A program made the position numbers and the translations under genes. A stretch of DNA of 64,000 nucleotides from the human T2T-CHM13v2.0 reference genome, Homo sapiens. The notes under the pieces are model-generated. The model was not told where the DNA came from. It worked only from the letters and a program-made list of their open reading frames with translations, and made no database searches. This document shows, piece by piece, positions 44,724-61,299 of this stretch. Positions within the stretch are counted from its first letter, which is position 1. Every line of letters starts with the position of its first letter. The stretch is from the NCBI RefSeq assembly GCF_009914755.1, contig NC_060935.1; one strand, given 5' to 3'.

Positions 44724-45986
44724 GATCTCAACCATAGGATATAATCAAGACACACGTGAGTCATCACCAGCTTCCTCTGCCAGTCTGTGTGTTTTAATTA
44801 CACCTGTTGTTCCCTAGCAAACACTTCATTCTGACATCCTGAAACGCCTTTTATACTCTATTCACGGCAGGGCCTCCCTAGTCTGTCTTTGTAATAGCTG
44901 GTTTTAAGTTTTGGGTTGTGTTGACCTGATTTTGGCAATAAGGCAGTGAGGACTTCCGTGCTGGAAGCCCAGTTAAGCTAGTTTTTCTTCTCTATTGCAC
45001 TGTGTGATATGGAGTCTGAAGAATTTTTTCTTGCCCTTGCAACAGGAGGTTCCTTAGCTTGAGGCAGATTTATTTGAGGGTAAATTGTTCCTTGCGTTTC
45101 CAACACTTTGAGTAGTGCAGTTTTCTTCAAGCCTCTAGGATGTTCCCAATTACTGGAAGACAATAGGCTCTTAATGTCTCTTCCAAACCCAAAGCCTTGC
45201 TTCCAAACACGTAGACCTACCCTTGGTCCAGGCCTTGATAACTTGCCTCTGGGATCTGGGCCACTGTTAATGTCCATAATGTTACTGGTTAACAGAAACT
45301 TAACATATGATTGGAATGTATAGGAAAATTATCTCCAGGTTTTCTATATCCAAGAATTGCAGTTCCCATTACAGGTACCTCTGCTGCTGAAGCCGTGTCA
45401 GCCACAGGGTTAAATCAGTTTATCTACCAACGTACAGAGCTGCAGATTCACGCAGAGGCTGAATTGTTTACAGGTCCCTTGTAAACTGAGGGTATATCTT
45501 GGCTTGTGATTTCCAGTAAGGTTTCCTATTTAATTGGTTTACTAAGCCATTTACAAATCATGAAGAAATCACCATAAGATAGTCATTTACATAAACAGTG
45601 TAAAGTAGTCATGCCTCCATTTTTATGCAGCGATTGTACCAGGACACTATCACACCACATGAGCTGGAATGGAACTGGGCATCTGTAGGTCTTAACCTTG
45701 TCCTTGCTCTGAGTGCAGGAGTGGTTGTGACATCAGTGGAGGTCTTTTAAATGTCTCACCCAAAGCAGAATATTTTCATCAGAGACTGGAGTTGGATGAA
45801 GGAGTATTTGATTTATCTTTCTCTGACACTCCTCTTTTGTCATAAAATAGGAAGCAAGCCCTAACATAGGGCACCTCAATTTTCAAATTTAACTTTACTT
45901 CCATGCTTATTTATTTTTCCTGCTTATTTTGTATTAGTGACCCTGAATCTGTCTTTAGTACCCATGTTACTCCCTGTCTGGCCCAG

Positions 45987-46637
45987 CACATACACGCATG
46001 CCACCCCCAGTACACACATACACACACACACCACTCCCAGTACACACACATCACACCTCAATATACATACACACACACCACCCTCAGTACACACACATGT
46101 ACACACCAACCCCAGTATACACACACATACACACCATGCCCAGTACACAAACATATACATCCCACCTCAGTAAGCACACACACCCCACCCCTAGTACATA
46201 CACATATACACACCCACTCCAGTATGCACACACTGCCCACCCCAGTACACACACACTCCAATATACACACACACATACACACCACCCCCAGTACACACAC
46301 ACACACACATCCCAGTATACACACACACCACATCCCCCGTATACACACACACTCCCCACCCCAGAATACACACACAAAGCCCACTCCAGTACACACACAT
46401 GCTCCAGTATACACACACACCTCACCCCAATACACACACACATACCCCCACTCCAGTACACACACACTTACACACCTCACCCCAGTACACACACACACAC
46501 CATCACCAGAACACACACACCCATACTCCTCACCCCAGTACACAAACACACACTCACGCACCTCACCCCAGTACACACACACCCTTCAGTACACACACAT
46601 GCACATCTCACCTGTAGTACACACATACACACACACA
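45987..46637. repeat. CA-rich minisatellite with recurring CCCAGTACACAC
   Basis: Directly visible degenerate tandem units. Confidence 0.95.
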
Positions 46638-46941
46638 GAAGCACAACTCAGGAGCATTTGATAAGTGTAATAGAGACAGGATAGGGAACATGAAAATGAG
46701 ACTGATTATTAATCAGAAATGAAGCTGGTTACAAATCTAATGTGAAAGAAAACCAATGAGTTTGTCTGGAAGTAAACGAACCTCTTAGTCTGAGCAATGG
46801 AACCCGGTGTTTGGGGGTTCTAATTCAGTAGTTTAAAAGTTGTTTTCATTCATACAGTTAGGCGAATGTCTGTCTTGGTTTGTGACTCTGAAGTTGTTAT
46901 GGTTTCAGATCCACTGTGCAAAACCTCTCTTATTTTCGTAG

Positions 46942-47340
<399 letters not shown>

Positions 47341-50300
47341 TGAGTTAAACTAATGAGTTTTGCTACCCACTTTGCAGGAAACAGAGGGAACTATCACAGT
47401 TAACCAGCCCAGTCAGCTGTAATATTTCAGAAGATATGTCACCCCTATCACAAATCATCACTAATGCCTAAAAAAAAACCCTCAAAAACTTTCCTGCTGT
47501 AAGTGACATTGCTGTTTTGCAGGAGAGTGCTTGAGGCACTGAGACCCATTCCAGGCCATATGCTTAGGGACCCATCTAGGGACCCAAAGGTCCTTTTCTC
47601 TTGCCCGAGGTACAAGTGCCTCTCTCCATCCCTGATTTCCTCCCTCTCTCCCCAGTAAAATTTGGTTGGAAGAGAAAAATAGCGTTCCAAGTTTGGGCCC
47701 AAATGATCTGGCTCATTTTATTATGTTGTGACATCTTTTTTATTGTTACCAGGGCTGAAATTATTCATATTTGATGTTAATTAGAGTGGGCAGTGAAAGC
47801 ATTTCATGAATAAAGTTTCAACATCTGCTCTGAAATCCCAAATAAGCAGTCAAATAAAAGTCAGATAAGAAAGATTATCACTGCCATTATTGCAGAGATA
47901 ATCAACTTTCTACATAAAGGGACAGAATGCAGTTTTCACAAAAGCCTGCAGCTTGTTTGGGTGACTTTGCCAGTGGAGAGTTTTGAAGTAGTAGACACAT
48001 CTTCAACTGTATAATTTCTAGTAAGCAAAGACACTCAAAAAATCTGCCCTCCACTTACTTAGGATTATTTCCAATTCCATCTGTTTTCCAATTTCCTTGG
48101 CAACGAGTCAATTGTGGAGGGGTGGAACAAAAACGACTGAGTTAGAGAGAGGTGAAAAAGTGCTGGGCTTGCAGTTCACAGCTGCGACACCACGAACACA
48201 TTATGTTTTAGCACCTCCTAGCCAGAGCATCAAGAAGCACTTTATCGCTAAGAGGTTCTGTAGAACAGAAAGACACAAGTTTAAACAGCGATGCATTGGC
48301 TAGAAATAACCTCTAAAGAAGCACACATTTCCCTCTGTCACGTTATAGATCGCTAACGACTCCTCGGGTGATGTTTTATGTCCTTTAAGCCTCATATCTT
48401 ACAGCGTTAGAATGTGGGATGCCAGCAATCGATAAATTTTAGTGTCATGGGGTTGGGGGAAGAAATGCCTATCAAATGCTGACCACCAGTTTTTCAAAAA
48501 AACTTCCATTGGCAATAAAAATGGCAAGATAATTTAGATACTTTCTGGCTTATACTTTGGAGTATATTTCTGAACTAGGTGAGAACTCTTTCTGTGAGGA
48601 TGAATGAAGTAACATCTAAGTGCTTTGAGCTCCTTGGAGTAAAAAAAGATGATGTAGTTCTCTGGAGCTGCAAAAGTGTCCATCCATCCCCATCTTTGAA
48701 ATTGGCCCCACCTCTTTCATCCCGTTATTCCATGTTTCCCCTTCTGTATAGAAACACATATGATCAGGCCAGCTAAACACTGGGCTTGAGAGGTCTTTCA
48801 AAGGCAAAAATTCTCATGCGACGCCAACAGAAGGGAAGGAAAAGGGACATGTTTACTTCAAGGAAGGAAAACTAATATTTACTGGGGGTTTACTATGTGT
48901 CTGGTGCTGAAGGCTATTTTTGCATATCATTTAACCCTCCCCAAAATGTTCCCGGACAAGTACTGTCTCCAATTTCAAGGGAAGGGAACAGGCCGGGAGA
49001 GGCCAAGTATCTCGTTCAAGTGGCAAGAAAAAGAATAGGATTCAAATCTCCTAGGAGACAGAGCAGGGTTCAAACCAAAGTCTTCCAACTCCAAATCCCA
49101 GACTCTTCTTTCTTCAGCTGCCTCCTCCGGGTATTGCTGAAGTCCTCAGAAGCAAAAAAGATTTTTTTATCCAGAAGAGTCTTGGAATGAACGTTGAAGA
49201 ATTCTGTAGTGTGAGAATGTGTAAGAGTGAGCTGAGGTGCGTGCGGGTGGCAGTCAGCCTCTGGGGTGTCACTGGTATGGCTGGTTGGTTTAGAGGTGAC
49301 TTCAGGGGTTGGAAATGGATTGCTCTTGAGATCTGCTTGGACCAAAGATATTTCCAGCTTCACTGTGGGAGAAGGAATTCCCTTCTGAAGGAGAATCTTG
49401 GTCTGAAGGAGGCTCTAGCTTTAGTCCTTGTGTGACTTTGACTTTGCCCCTGTCCCTTGAACAAGAGCCTGCTGGTGACCTTACAGCAATCTTGAGCCTA
49501 CTGCTCACTCATCTCTGTGTCCCACTGTCCTCTTCTGTTGAATGGGGCCAGAGACTGAAGGCGTTTACCTGAGCAAGTCTATCACAAACGCCATCAGCCG
49601 TGGCCAGCACAGAGCATGGGAAGAAAAGTTCTTTACAAAAAGGGCTGTTCTTACTCATAGCTTGCCTCCCTTTCTGGGATCATCTAGAATGGGGAGATTT
49701 GGGGCTTCCAAGATCCTCTACCCCAGTTTGATTACACAGGATAAGGATTTGTGTCTTCCTCTGCATCAGACAGAGTGTCAGGCAGCTGGGAAAAGTGCTA
49801 GGTTTGAATAGAAAAAGGTCAATGCAGCCTCTCCTTTTAACTCTATTTCTATTAAATTTTTTGAAAACATGTGACAAGGGGTGAGGATTAGCAAGAGGAA
49901 AATATAAAGGACAGGGTTTGCTACAGCTTATTTCTGAAAACCATTTACAAGTTTCATATGAATTTAAGCAACATCTCTATCCTAAAAAGTTTAAAATGAA
50001 GACAGCATGGAATGGCAGTGCTCTGAGAGATGGACTGGGAACTCTGGCGCAAATCTCGTTTTCTGTTGCTGGGTCACTGTGAAATTTCTAGTAACTCATT
50101 TCCCGCAGTCCCTAGTTTTCTTAACTATAAGATAGGCGTGGGCCAATACGATCACCCGTCTTAGCGTTGGTCTGGGGTACAGATGAATGTTAACGATTTT
50201 CAGAAATAAAGTGATGCACAAATGCTCAATTAGAGGAGTAACTTCTCCCCAGAAAGTGCTTTTTAAAAATCACTTTCCCACTTCCATTTTTAAAAGGGGA

Positions 50301-50802
50301 GACATCTCATCAAGATTAATGTTGTTTTCCGGGAAGAGAGAGAGCGCAATCCGCATGGCCACTTTAATCACACGGACTGGTATCTGCTCCCTCTTCCAAC
50401 CCGCTCTGCAAGGGGAACCGGTGGTTGCATCCTGGTCCCCGGCCGAGTCTTTCCTGTAGTTTATTCTCATGCTGCCATCTATAGGTGCTTTCATATTATC
50501 ACACGCTTAGCCGGGCCTCTGAATTTTCTGTCTGGTAGAAGTCAGAGATATAAGTGGGCGCTGAGTCAGACTCTGGGTTTATCTCAGGCAATTTCTCTTT
50601 TAGAAGCACAGTCCCACATGTCTTGCTTTTCCCAACGGAGGCGAGAACAAATTCAGAGAGGAGTCAGAGCTGGAGGGCCTGGCTGCAGAGCAGCTCTGAG
50701 CTGCCTGTGGGTGGGGAGGGCGCAGGGTGAAGGGAGGACCTCCTTGGGGCCAGGACCTCCTGGGGAGTGCAAGTCATGAGACTGCGCATTCCCATCCTGT
50801 AG

Positions 50803-51036
<234 letters not shown>

Positions 51037-51232
51037 TAACTAGAGACGCAGGTCTGATCTCGCAGGTGGACTACGAGGCTAGTCCTGCCCATGTTTGGCA
51101 CCCTGACTCGGCTATGAAATGAACTAGGCAGTCCTTTCTCACCTAGAATGCTGGCCCCAGTGACTCCAGGAAAAGACGGCTCTTGATTTTAGAGGTGCTG
51201 GATTTTAAAAATAAGGTAGTTGGGCCAGTTAA

Positions 51233-51499
<267 letters not shown>

Positions 51500-52283
51500 T
51501 GACAGGCAAGCTTTTAAGCCACGGGGGCGGACTCATTCCTGATGCCTTACTCTTTTGACATCTCTCCGCTGGGTAATGGAGATCAAGGTAATTTTAGCAT
51601 GTGCATTCATCACATCAGAAGCTAAAACACTGCATTCACTACCTTGTGGCTTTGGAAGTCCTTTTCTGGAGTGTGCACACAGTTATCCGTTCTGAACAAC
51701 TCTGAAATGGACCAAGATCTTGAGTGATTTCTGAGCCAGAGGGACAGAAGGCAGCCCTCCTGTTTAACATTATTTTTGTTGTTGTTGTTGCCATTTCCTC
51801 CCCCCGCCCTTTATGTTTTTCTTCTCATCCTTATTCTCGCTCTGTCTTCTGCACTTTGTAGATCTACAGGAATGGGTGCAGTTGGAGTATTGCCAAGTTC
51901 CTATGAGGGTAAATCAGTACTTCCTAGTATGATTAGAAAAAAAAGAAACAAAAGTTCTCCTAAAATCTTCCCAGCATCAGCAAAACGTGCAGGAATTTGA
52001 GGAGAATCAAAGCTGACTTTAGGTATCTGTGAGTAAGCTGTAGTTGAACCTGGATGGATGTCCTTCACATTGGGCACCCAAAGTTTGGAGCCTTTTCTGA
52101 ACTATCGAACCCCTTTAGATGTGCAAACTCACCATGGACTTTCAGAGAAACATCCTGGTTTATGAATTCCTGCTTTTTTGTGTCCAAAAATATTTAGAAA
52201 ACAGAATTTCTGATAATATTTCTACTTCCAGGAGTAGAAGCTACAGAAATTAGAAGAAGGAAATAATGCCTCTGTTCATTAGT

Positions 52284-53265
52284 CCATCCACCCACCCATC
52301 TATCCAGCTACCCACCCACCCACCCACCCATCCACCCACCCATCCATCCACCTACCCACCCACCCATCCACCCACCCATCCATCCACCTACCCACCCGCC
52401 CATCCACCCACCCATCCGTCCACCTACCCACCCACCCATCCATTCACCCATCCGTCCACCTACCCACCCACCCACCCACCCATCCACCCACCCATCCATC
52501 CACCTACCCACCCACCCATCCATTCACCCATCCGTCCACCTACCCACCCACCCATCCACCCATCCATCCATCCATCTACCCACCCACCCACCCACCCATC
52601 CATTCACCTACCCACCCACCCATTCACCCACCCATCCATCCACCTACCCACCCACCCATCCACCCACCCATCCATCCACCTAGCCACCCACCCATTCACC
52701 CACCCATCCATTTATGCATCCACCCATTCACCCACCCATCCATCCACCTACCCACCCACCCATTCACTCACCCATCCACCTACCCACCCACCCATCCACC
52801 CACCCATCCATCCACCTACCCACCCACCCATTCACCCACCCATCTATTTATCCATCTACCCATTCACCCACTCATCCACCTACCCATCCATCCATTCATC
52901 CGTCCACCCATTCACCAACCTATCCATCCACCTACCCACCCACCCATTCACCCACCCATCCATTTATCCATCCACCCATTCACCCACTCATCCACCTACC
53001 CATCCATCCATTCATCCGTCCACCCATTCACCAACCTATCCATCCACCTACCCACCCACCCATTCACCCACCCATCCATTTATCCATCCACCCATTCACC
53101 CACTCATCCACCTACCCATCCATCCATTTATCCATCCACCCATTCACCCACCCATCCATCCACCTACCCACCCACCCATTCACCCATCCATCCATTTATC
53201 CATCCACCCATTCACCCACCCATCCATCCACCTACTCACCCATCCACCAACCCATCCATCAAGTC
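52284..53265. repeat. ~1 kb (CCAY)n tetranucleotide-based tandem repeat
   Basis: CCAC/CCAT/CTAC/TCAC units with a 116-bp higher-order duplication. Confidence 0.97.
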
Positions 53266-53623
53266 ATCCAGCCATTTAGCAAGCCATTGCATCTTTCTGA
53301 AAAGCATTTTAAGAGCCCCATTGAAATGCCAGCCACTCTGTGAGGTGCTGGAGATAAAGCTGCTCTAGCTACCATGACATTACTATGGTAGAGGAGACAG
53401 AGCCATGGGAACAATGATGACACAGCATAAGACATATTATGGTAGACACTTGTGTAGGGTACTGTGGAAACACAGAGGAAGACCATGGGAAAAGTGTTTC
53501 CAGACCTCTAAGGAAGTTTTGGATAGGAATGAGGAGGTGCCTTTATCCCCTCAGATAGAAGCTTGGACTGCTTGTCTTGGCAGCCCTGGGAGGCCTCGGG
53601 GTTCTTTCTTGGCTCAGATTCAA

Positions 53624-53943
53624 TTTGTTGTTGTTGTTGTTGTTTTTTGTTTAGGAGACAGGGTCTCTCTCTGTCACCCAGACTGGCTAGAGAACAGTGT
53701 CGTGGTCATAGCTCACTGTAACTTTGAACTCCAAACTCCTGGGCTCAAGTAATCCTCTCACCTCAGTCTCCTGAGTAGCTGGGACTACAAGAACCACAAC
53801 CATGTCAGCTAATTTTTATTTTTTGTAGAGATAGGGTCTCAGTATGTTACCCAGGCTGGTCTCAAACTCCTGGTCTCAAGCCATCCTCCCATCTCAGCCT
53901 TCCAAAGCACTGGGATTAAAGGTGTGAGCCACTGCACCTGGGC
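53624..53943 (-). mobile_element. AluJ-like SINE with (GTT)n tail
   Basis: Diverged antisense Alu dimer. Confidence 0.85.
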
Positions 53944-56034
53944 TCAATGTGTTTAATATACAGAAAAGCCACATTCACATGGTCTGACACACCTGTGCCC
54001 TCTGCCCCTTTCCCTGTGCTGTGATTAGTGCCTTCGCTCTAAGGTAGGTCATGTGTGAAGATGGCCTGCCTGGACCCTTGCCTCTGTGGACTCTGTAAAG
54101 TCCCCCATGTTCAAAATAACAAATAAATGTTTTGCAGCTAAGCTGGTATTAACTGGATAGGAAATAATCTAGTTCCAGAGCTCATTAGGATTTGAGATTG
54201 TACCCTCCTCTCCTACAGAGTGTAAATACGGCATCACTTAAGGTCTGTGAGAGATACCAACTCAATACTACATTATCTCCCTCCCCTGTATAGCCTGGAC
54301 CAGGGGCCTCAGAAGTTGCAGACTCTTACCCAAATACCTCTTCCCTTTGTCCAGGCATCACAGAGATGACTGGCTATGGCCATACAACATGAGTGCCCAG
54401 TGACAGCCTCTCACCTGGGTCCTGGGAATGAAATGCTGTGATAACGGAAAACACTGGCTTGCAGAGCTGCGGAGTTGGTCAGATGCCAGCTGTGTACACA
54501 GTCTCCACTTTGACTTCATTCTTTTCCTCCTGAGTTATAGGTTTGGGTTTCATATACGGGATGATTTCAATATCCTTATATAGACTGCTATGCATTTTTA
54601 TGTGCCTCCGGACATATATCAATCTAATGAGACTGGGATTTGGCCTGGGGTATAGCAGGGGAAGTGTTCTGTAGAGCTGGTTTATTATATCATCATTCCA
54701 CAAACAAAATTATCTCAAAGAGTCTACCTTTTGGTCCAAACCTCCTCTATTCAAAGGCATTTTCCTCTCACTTATTGAAAGCCTGAAAAAGCAGGGCCTG
54801 GAAATGATGCTGAGTGGAGGCTGTCACAATACATACAGCCCTGAACTAGTGCCAAGGAGTGCTGAGGATTAGGACCTGTTTTCAGGGCTGATGCACATGA
54901 CTTATTGGGAATGTGACTAAATCTATTCTCTCATTTTTCAACCCTATTCTCAACAGGTATAAAATGGAATTGCCTGTTGAAACATCATTGTTCCTGTTGG
55001 GCAGATAGAGTCAAGACTGTTACTGATACACCCGCACCCTCAACTTGGGTTAACCTTGCAGCCTTGTGCTATTCACTCGATAGTCAGTTTTATAAAAACT
55101 TGAGATGTTATTTACATTTCTTAATGCTGTGTCTTTGATACTTGCCTTTTCAGACATTCTCATTTTACAAGTGCTTCTACTTCTATCAACCTGTGTCAAC
55201 TTTTTTATAACATCACTGTTCTCTGTGAGACAGGGATGAGAAATAGCAGTATCCACATTTTACAGGTTAGGAAAACAGACAGGTGGAAGTTGAATGAGTA
55301 GTCTTGGAAATGGATTGCAGATTTGTGACTGCTGCCCAGTTCTCTTGACCCCAATCCCCCAGCAAGGACTAGATCACAGTCCCCAGCCCAGACGTGTTTC
55401 TATTTCAATTAAAGGTTGATGTTAGCAACCAGAAAATTTCAAAGTTTTTTGGTGGGGAGGTCATTTATTTACAGAAATGATTTTAAAGACTGCATGTCTA
55501 CCAAAGAAATAATAGTGTTTTTAAAATTATCACATCCCTTTAAACCATTCCCCTCCCCTTTCCTCATTCTCTTCCTGACCTAGAATTTGTCAAGAAGGTC
55601 TGTCCGGTGCATAGACAGAGAGAAGTCCTGGACTTGGACAGGGCCCTAGAGTGGGAAAGAAGACAATTTGTGTAGGTGTAAATCCTGCCTAAGCAGCATC
55701 TGCAGGATTCATGAGCCTTTAAATGTGCAAGAAAGTGGTCAGTGCTTTCCAGAACCTTCCCAGGGAGTTTGGGATTTATACTCATGCATCTGACTCCTGA
55801 TTAGTGCTATTGACCTTTTCCTGCACATACTGGGCCCCCAACAAATGTCTGTTGAATGAATGAACAAATTAGCAAGCCAACAGTGAGTGTTGCCGAGTAA
55901 CCTGGGTAAACTGGGTCTTCCTTCGGAAGGAAAGGCAGGAAATGACTCCAAGTGTCATACCCTTTTCCATGGATTCATGATAACGTGGTTTTCCTTGAAT
56001 GTGAGTTTGCTCACCAGCCATGGAGATAATAATA

Positions 56035-56846
<812 letters not shown>

Positions 56847-56980
56847 TAGCTTGTAAAATACTTTACTGGGCCAAATTTTATGTGTACAAGAGCTATCCTA
56901 AGCTCTCTCCTCAACATGTCTATCTGCTTTTAAACTTAGAGTACATTTATATTCCTAGTTCCCTCATAAACACTGATAGG

Positions 56981-56998
56981 CACACACACACACACAAA

Positions 56999-57034
<36 letters not shown>
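56981..57034. repeat. Interrupted (CA)n microsatellite
   Basis: Directly visible. Confidence 0.95.
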
Positions 57035-57037
<3 letters not shown>

Positions 57038-60000
57038 CAGAAAAACTGGAAAGAGATAAGTTTCTCATGGTCCTGGCTTGCAATAATTGTAGCCACATAG
57101 CCATGCCCTGGAGATGGTACAAACACAATACAAACCCCCAATTCACTACAGCCTTTGATTAATAATCCTCACCCCACCTCAGCCCCAATTCTGTTTGCTC
57201 AAGAGCTGCTGCTTCATTTTCAGAGAAACCTCCAAATGGATTGATGTCTCCAGAGGTACCACCTGTGCAGGCACCTGGATTGGCTTTGGTGACTTCCTTA
57301 GTGAGGCTTGGGTGGGAAAGTCCCATGAAAGCTCTGCCCAGACACCCCTCGAATAGAGTCCCCAACTCCCACCTAGAATAACAGAGAAGAACATGGGCAT
57401 CTGCTGGCCAGTTTAGCATATGCAAATGATTCCTGTCACTGTCCACCTGGATTTCAAGCAGGGACATCAACAAAAGAGAAAAAGCAAAAAGCTACTAGCA
57501 ATTACTCAATTTGTGCAGGCCCCAGTTTTCATAATGTTAATCAAGACCTTGTTGCAACCGTGTATTTATTCAAGCAGTAATAACCAAGACCACAAGGGGC
57601 TGATTGCTGCAACCCAGTGCAATCCTTAATCCCCATGCATGGAGGTCATTACAGAGATTACAAACCAGAACTGATGCCAATGCAGGGATTTATTTCTTTT
57701 TTAAAAAAATGTGTTGTAGTTTTAATTGATGTAGCATGTCCAACAAAAGGCAGGGCCAGGGAACTAATTCCACTCTTTCTGGCTCTGCCTTTCCCAGGTC
57801 TGTGCAGTTTATCAGTCTCATTATGAGGAAAGTGAGCTATTACTGTGGTTGAAATGCCAGTGTGCTTGCTATTTGGTTAGTCTCTGTAGGGACAACTCTG
57901 TATATCAAATCAAGGCTAAGAGTTTAGATATAGAAATTTGGAGATTTTCCCTTTTAAATTTATATTGTGCTGTTGAGCACTATACTTATCCTTGTAGATA
58001 GATGCTGGCATTTCAAGCTAGAAAAAATTTTCACTAGCTTCCCCCTACTTTCCTGTATTTGGGGATGATGTGTATATCAGTAGTTGAAAAAGAAGGCTTC
58101 ATGCTTTATTCCTATTTTGTATTTTGATTAAAATTCTTTTTTATTCTCAGTCAGATTTTTTTTTTAGAAGGAAAGGGACACCGTAATTTCTTTCAGGCCC
58201 AGCAGCTCTGCTAATTTTGCGTGACTCTGTTCCATCGTCCAAGCATAGGGCATGGATTCCTCAATTTTCTGTAGCGACAGGGCGATGTGGGTGAATGTAA
58301 ATGTTTCAGAAAGAAAAGGTTATGTGACTCCAACTGCAAGCTAACAATGGCTTCCTTTTCCTTTTGCCAAATGGTTTCCAAGCGTCTCTGAATACACCTG
58401 CCCTGCTGGGGAGACTGGCTCGATGGATGGCAGAGCCCCGACCCAGGGTGATGTGGGGACAGGCAGGGAGAGGGCTGGGAAGCAGGAAGGAGCCTGAGAT
58501 GCTGGGAGGCAGCTGACTTCTTCAGCCATGCTGTGCCAGACCAGAAATGGCCACTAAGATCTGTTCTTCCAAAACACAGACCCCCCTTCTCCAGCACTGT
58601 CTCCATATGCTGGGATTAGGAGCTGGGTTCTGTACATGGATTTTCCCCACTGAACTGTTCTCAAATAACAAAATAAACAGTTTAGGATTAGATATACCAG
58701 TAGGACCAAAAAAAGGCAGCATAAGTAAAAATCCATCTAGAAAAAGCGCCTCCTTCTAGCTAATACCAGTTCTCATCTTTCTTCCCCGCGTGAACACGAG
58801 TAGTTTAGGGTGCTCCAGTGAACAGGGAGCCAAGGCCAACTAGCCCATGGCGATGAGCAGCTTGGACTCTAGGGCTGGACCTGTTCAAATTCCTATGCCA
58901 CCACTGCCAGCTGAGTGGCCTGTTTGAGCTTCGTTTTCTTTGTGAGACAGGGCCCTCTAGGAGGCAGAGCTCCTGGGCTGTAGCTGGCCTTGGCGGCCTC
59001 TCCTCAGCACTGGGATACAGGCAGCAGGGAGAAGTGGAGAGAACCTGGCTTTGGAGCTCGACTAGGAGGGGTCAGGCTCTGTCACTTGCAAGTCACACCA
59101 GCCCCCATCCTCAATTTCCTCATCTATAAAAGGAGAAAATGATAAGGACCTCCTAAGGCTGTTATGAGAATTAAATAGAACAGCCACAGGGCAATGTCCA
59201 GTACAAAGCCTGGCACACAGTAGGTGCTCGGTGCATGCTGGCTCCCTGTGACCATTCCCATGGAACTTTCTTTCAGTTCCAAGACCTGTGCCTCCGTGAC
59301 TCCACTTCTCTCCTCCTCCCCCTGCCCCTACCCACATCCTGGGAGAGGTACTGTGGAAGAGTGAAATGGCCAGAATGCAGGCAGAAGAAAAGCAAGCAAA
59401 CAGGCGAGGCTTATCAGCTGTCTGCTAACCATAGGTTGAGGACAGGGTCAGAGGAATGAAGCAAGGAATTACACTTGGGGACAAGAGTTCTCTGGGATCT
59501 CCTGCTCTAAGCACTGTGGGACACAAGCACAATGACTCTATAGGGAGAGTGAAAGGGGGTGCAATGATCACTTATGCCAGAAAAAAAAAGGTATCAACTG
59601 GAACATTACTGACACCCACAGTCACCCAGGTGTCAGGTCAGCCTGAGTGCGACAAGAACAGAGGCAGGGAAACTGGCGTCCTGAGGGTTGTGATGGTGGG
59701 GGGACTGTAGAAATATCCAGAACCAGCCTACCCCATGGCTTCTGCTTTGGGACACAATAAGACTTTGTCCCTTGCTAGCAGGAGCTTAAGTAAGAGCAGA
59801 GGAGCCCATTCAGCAGTTGACGTATTTGACATTCATAATTATACCAACATTGGGGAAGATTTCCCCTTCCACTTACCAGCACAGAACAATGGATAAGTGT
59901 TCAGCACTCTTACTAGCTGACCTTCCCTATAATATGGCTCTTCTCTCCCTTTTTTCTTAGGGTAGGAAAAGCCATATTATAGGCAAGGTCACCTAGTAAG

Positions 60001-60125
60001 AGTTGGCTAACCCTCTACCTAGGAGACAAGAATAAATTAATCAACTCCTTGGTTTTTCTTTCTACTTCTAGCTCTCTGCAGGATGGTTTATTTCTCAAGC
60101 TTATTTTCTTATTCCCTTCCCCCAT

Positions 60126-60970
60126 TGCTATGATCTAAATATTTGTGTCCCCTCAAAATTCATATGTTGAAATTCTAACTCCTAAGGTGATGGTATAAGG
60201 AGGTGGGACCTTGAGGAGGTGATTATGTCATGAGGGTGGAGCCCTTATGAATGGGATTAGTGCCCTTAGAAAGGAGGCCAGAGGGAGCTCATTTCTTCTT
60301 TCACCATATGTGAACACAGCTGGAAGGTGCCATTTATGAACCAGAAAGTGGGCTCTTGCCAGACAATGAATCTGCTAGCCCCCTGACCTTATACTTCCCA
60401 GCCTCCAGAACTGTGAGAAATAAATTTCAGTTGTTTATAAGCTACCCAGTTTATGGTATTTTGCTCTAGCAGCCCAAACAGACTAAAACAGAAGATTGGT
60501 ACCAGGAGTGGGGTGCTGCTGTAATAAATACCTAAAAATGTGGTAGCAGTCTGGGCACGGCGTCTCACACCTATAATCCCAGCACTTTTGGAGGCCAAGG
60601 AGGGCAGATTGCTTGAGCTCAGGAGTTCAAGACCACCCTGGGCAGCATGGCAAAAGCCTGTCTCTCCAAAAAAAAAAAAAAAAAAAAAAAAAAAGCCAAA
60701 ATAGCCAGGTGTTGTGGCATGCACCTGTAGTCCCAGCTACTCAGGAGGCTGAGATGGGAGGATCACTGGAGCCAGAGAGGTTGAGGCTGCAGTGAGCCAC
60801 GTTTGTGCCACTGCACTCCAGCCTGGGAGACAGAGCAAGACCCTGTTTCAAAAAAAAAAAATGGTAGCAGCTTTGGGTAATTGGTAGAGGCTGGAAGAGT
60901 TTTGAAGTACATTCTAGCAAAAGCCTACATTGTAGTGAATGGACCATTAAGGGTGATTCTGGTGAGGACC
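60126..60970 (+). mobile_element. MLT1A/MST-type LTR (60126-60490) plus start of internal sequence
   Basis: TGCTATGATCTAAAT...GACTAAAACA, then GAAGATTGGTACCAGGAGTGGGG. Internal part is interrupted by an Alu. Confidence 0.75.
60550..60861 (+). mobile_element. AluJ-like SINE with expanded middle A-tract
   Basis: Alu dimer flanked by TSD-like AAAAATG(TG)GTAGCAG. Confidence 0.88.
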
Positions 60971-61299
60971 AACTACTAATCTATAGAGACAGAGAGCTGC
61001 ATGTGGCGCCTGCCACGGTAAATTTTGGAAGGGATGCTCAGACCATCATCTCATCGCCTAGACAACTCAGAAAGTAGCAACAATGATGACAGGTAAGAGT
61101 GCCAGACAGTCTCATGTGCCAGAAATCAGTGTGGGTCCAGGACACCCTGGAAAGTTTATGTGCACTTATAGTCAAGCCCACCGAGGACTGTTCTAAGACA
61201 AGTCATTCCATTCCAGCCCATGAGCATGGATGTCCATAGGTGCTAGGCATAGTAAGTGTGAAAAAGAAAATTAATTCTCTCTCTTTGAGGCTTATCAAG

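Noticed and set aside
45903-46684. Multiple His/Thr and Cys/Val ORFs in many frames
   Set aside because: Artefacts of the CA-rich repeat. The recurring motif has low-complexity spacers and is not a CRISPR array.
52266-53343. 337-aa and 209-aa Pro/His/Thr-rich ORFs
   Set aside because: Translation of a stop-free (CCAY)n repeat, with no splice or promoter support
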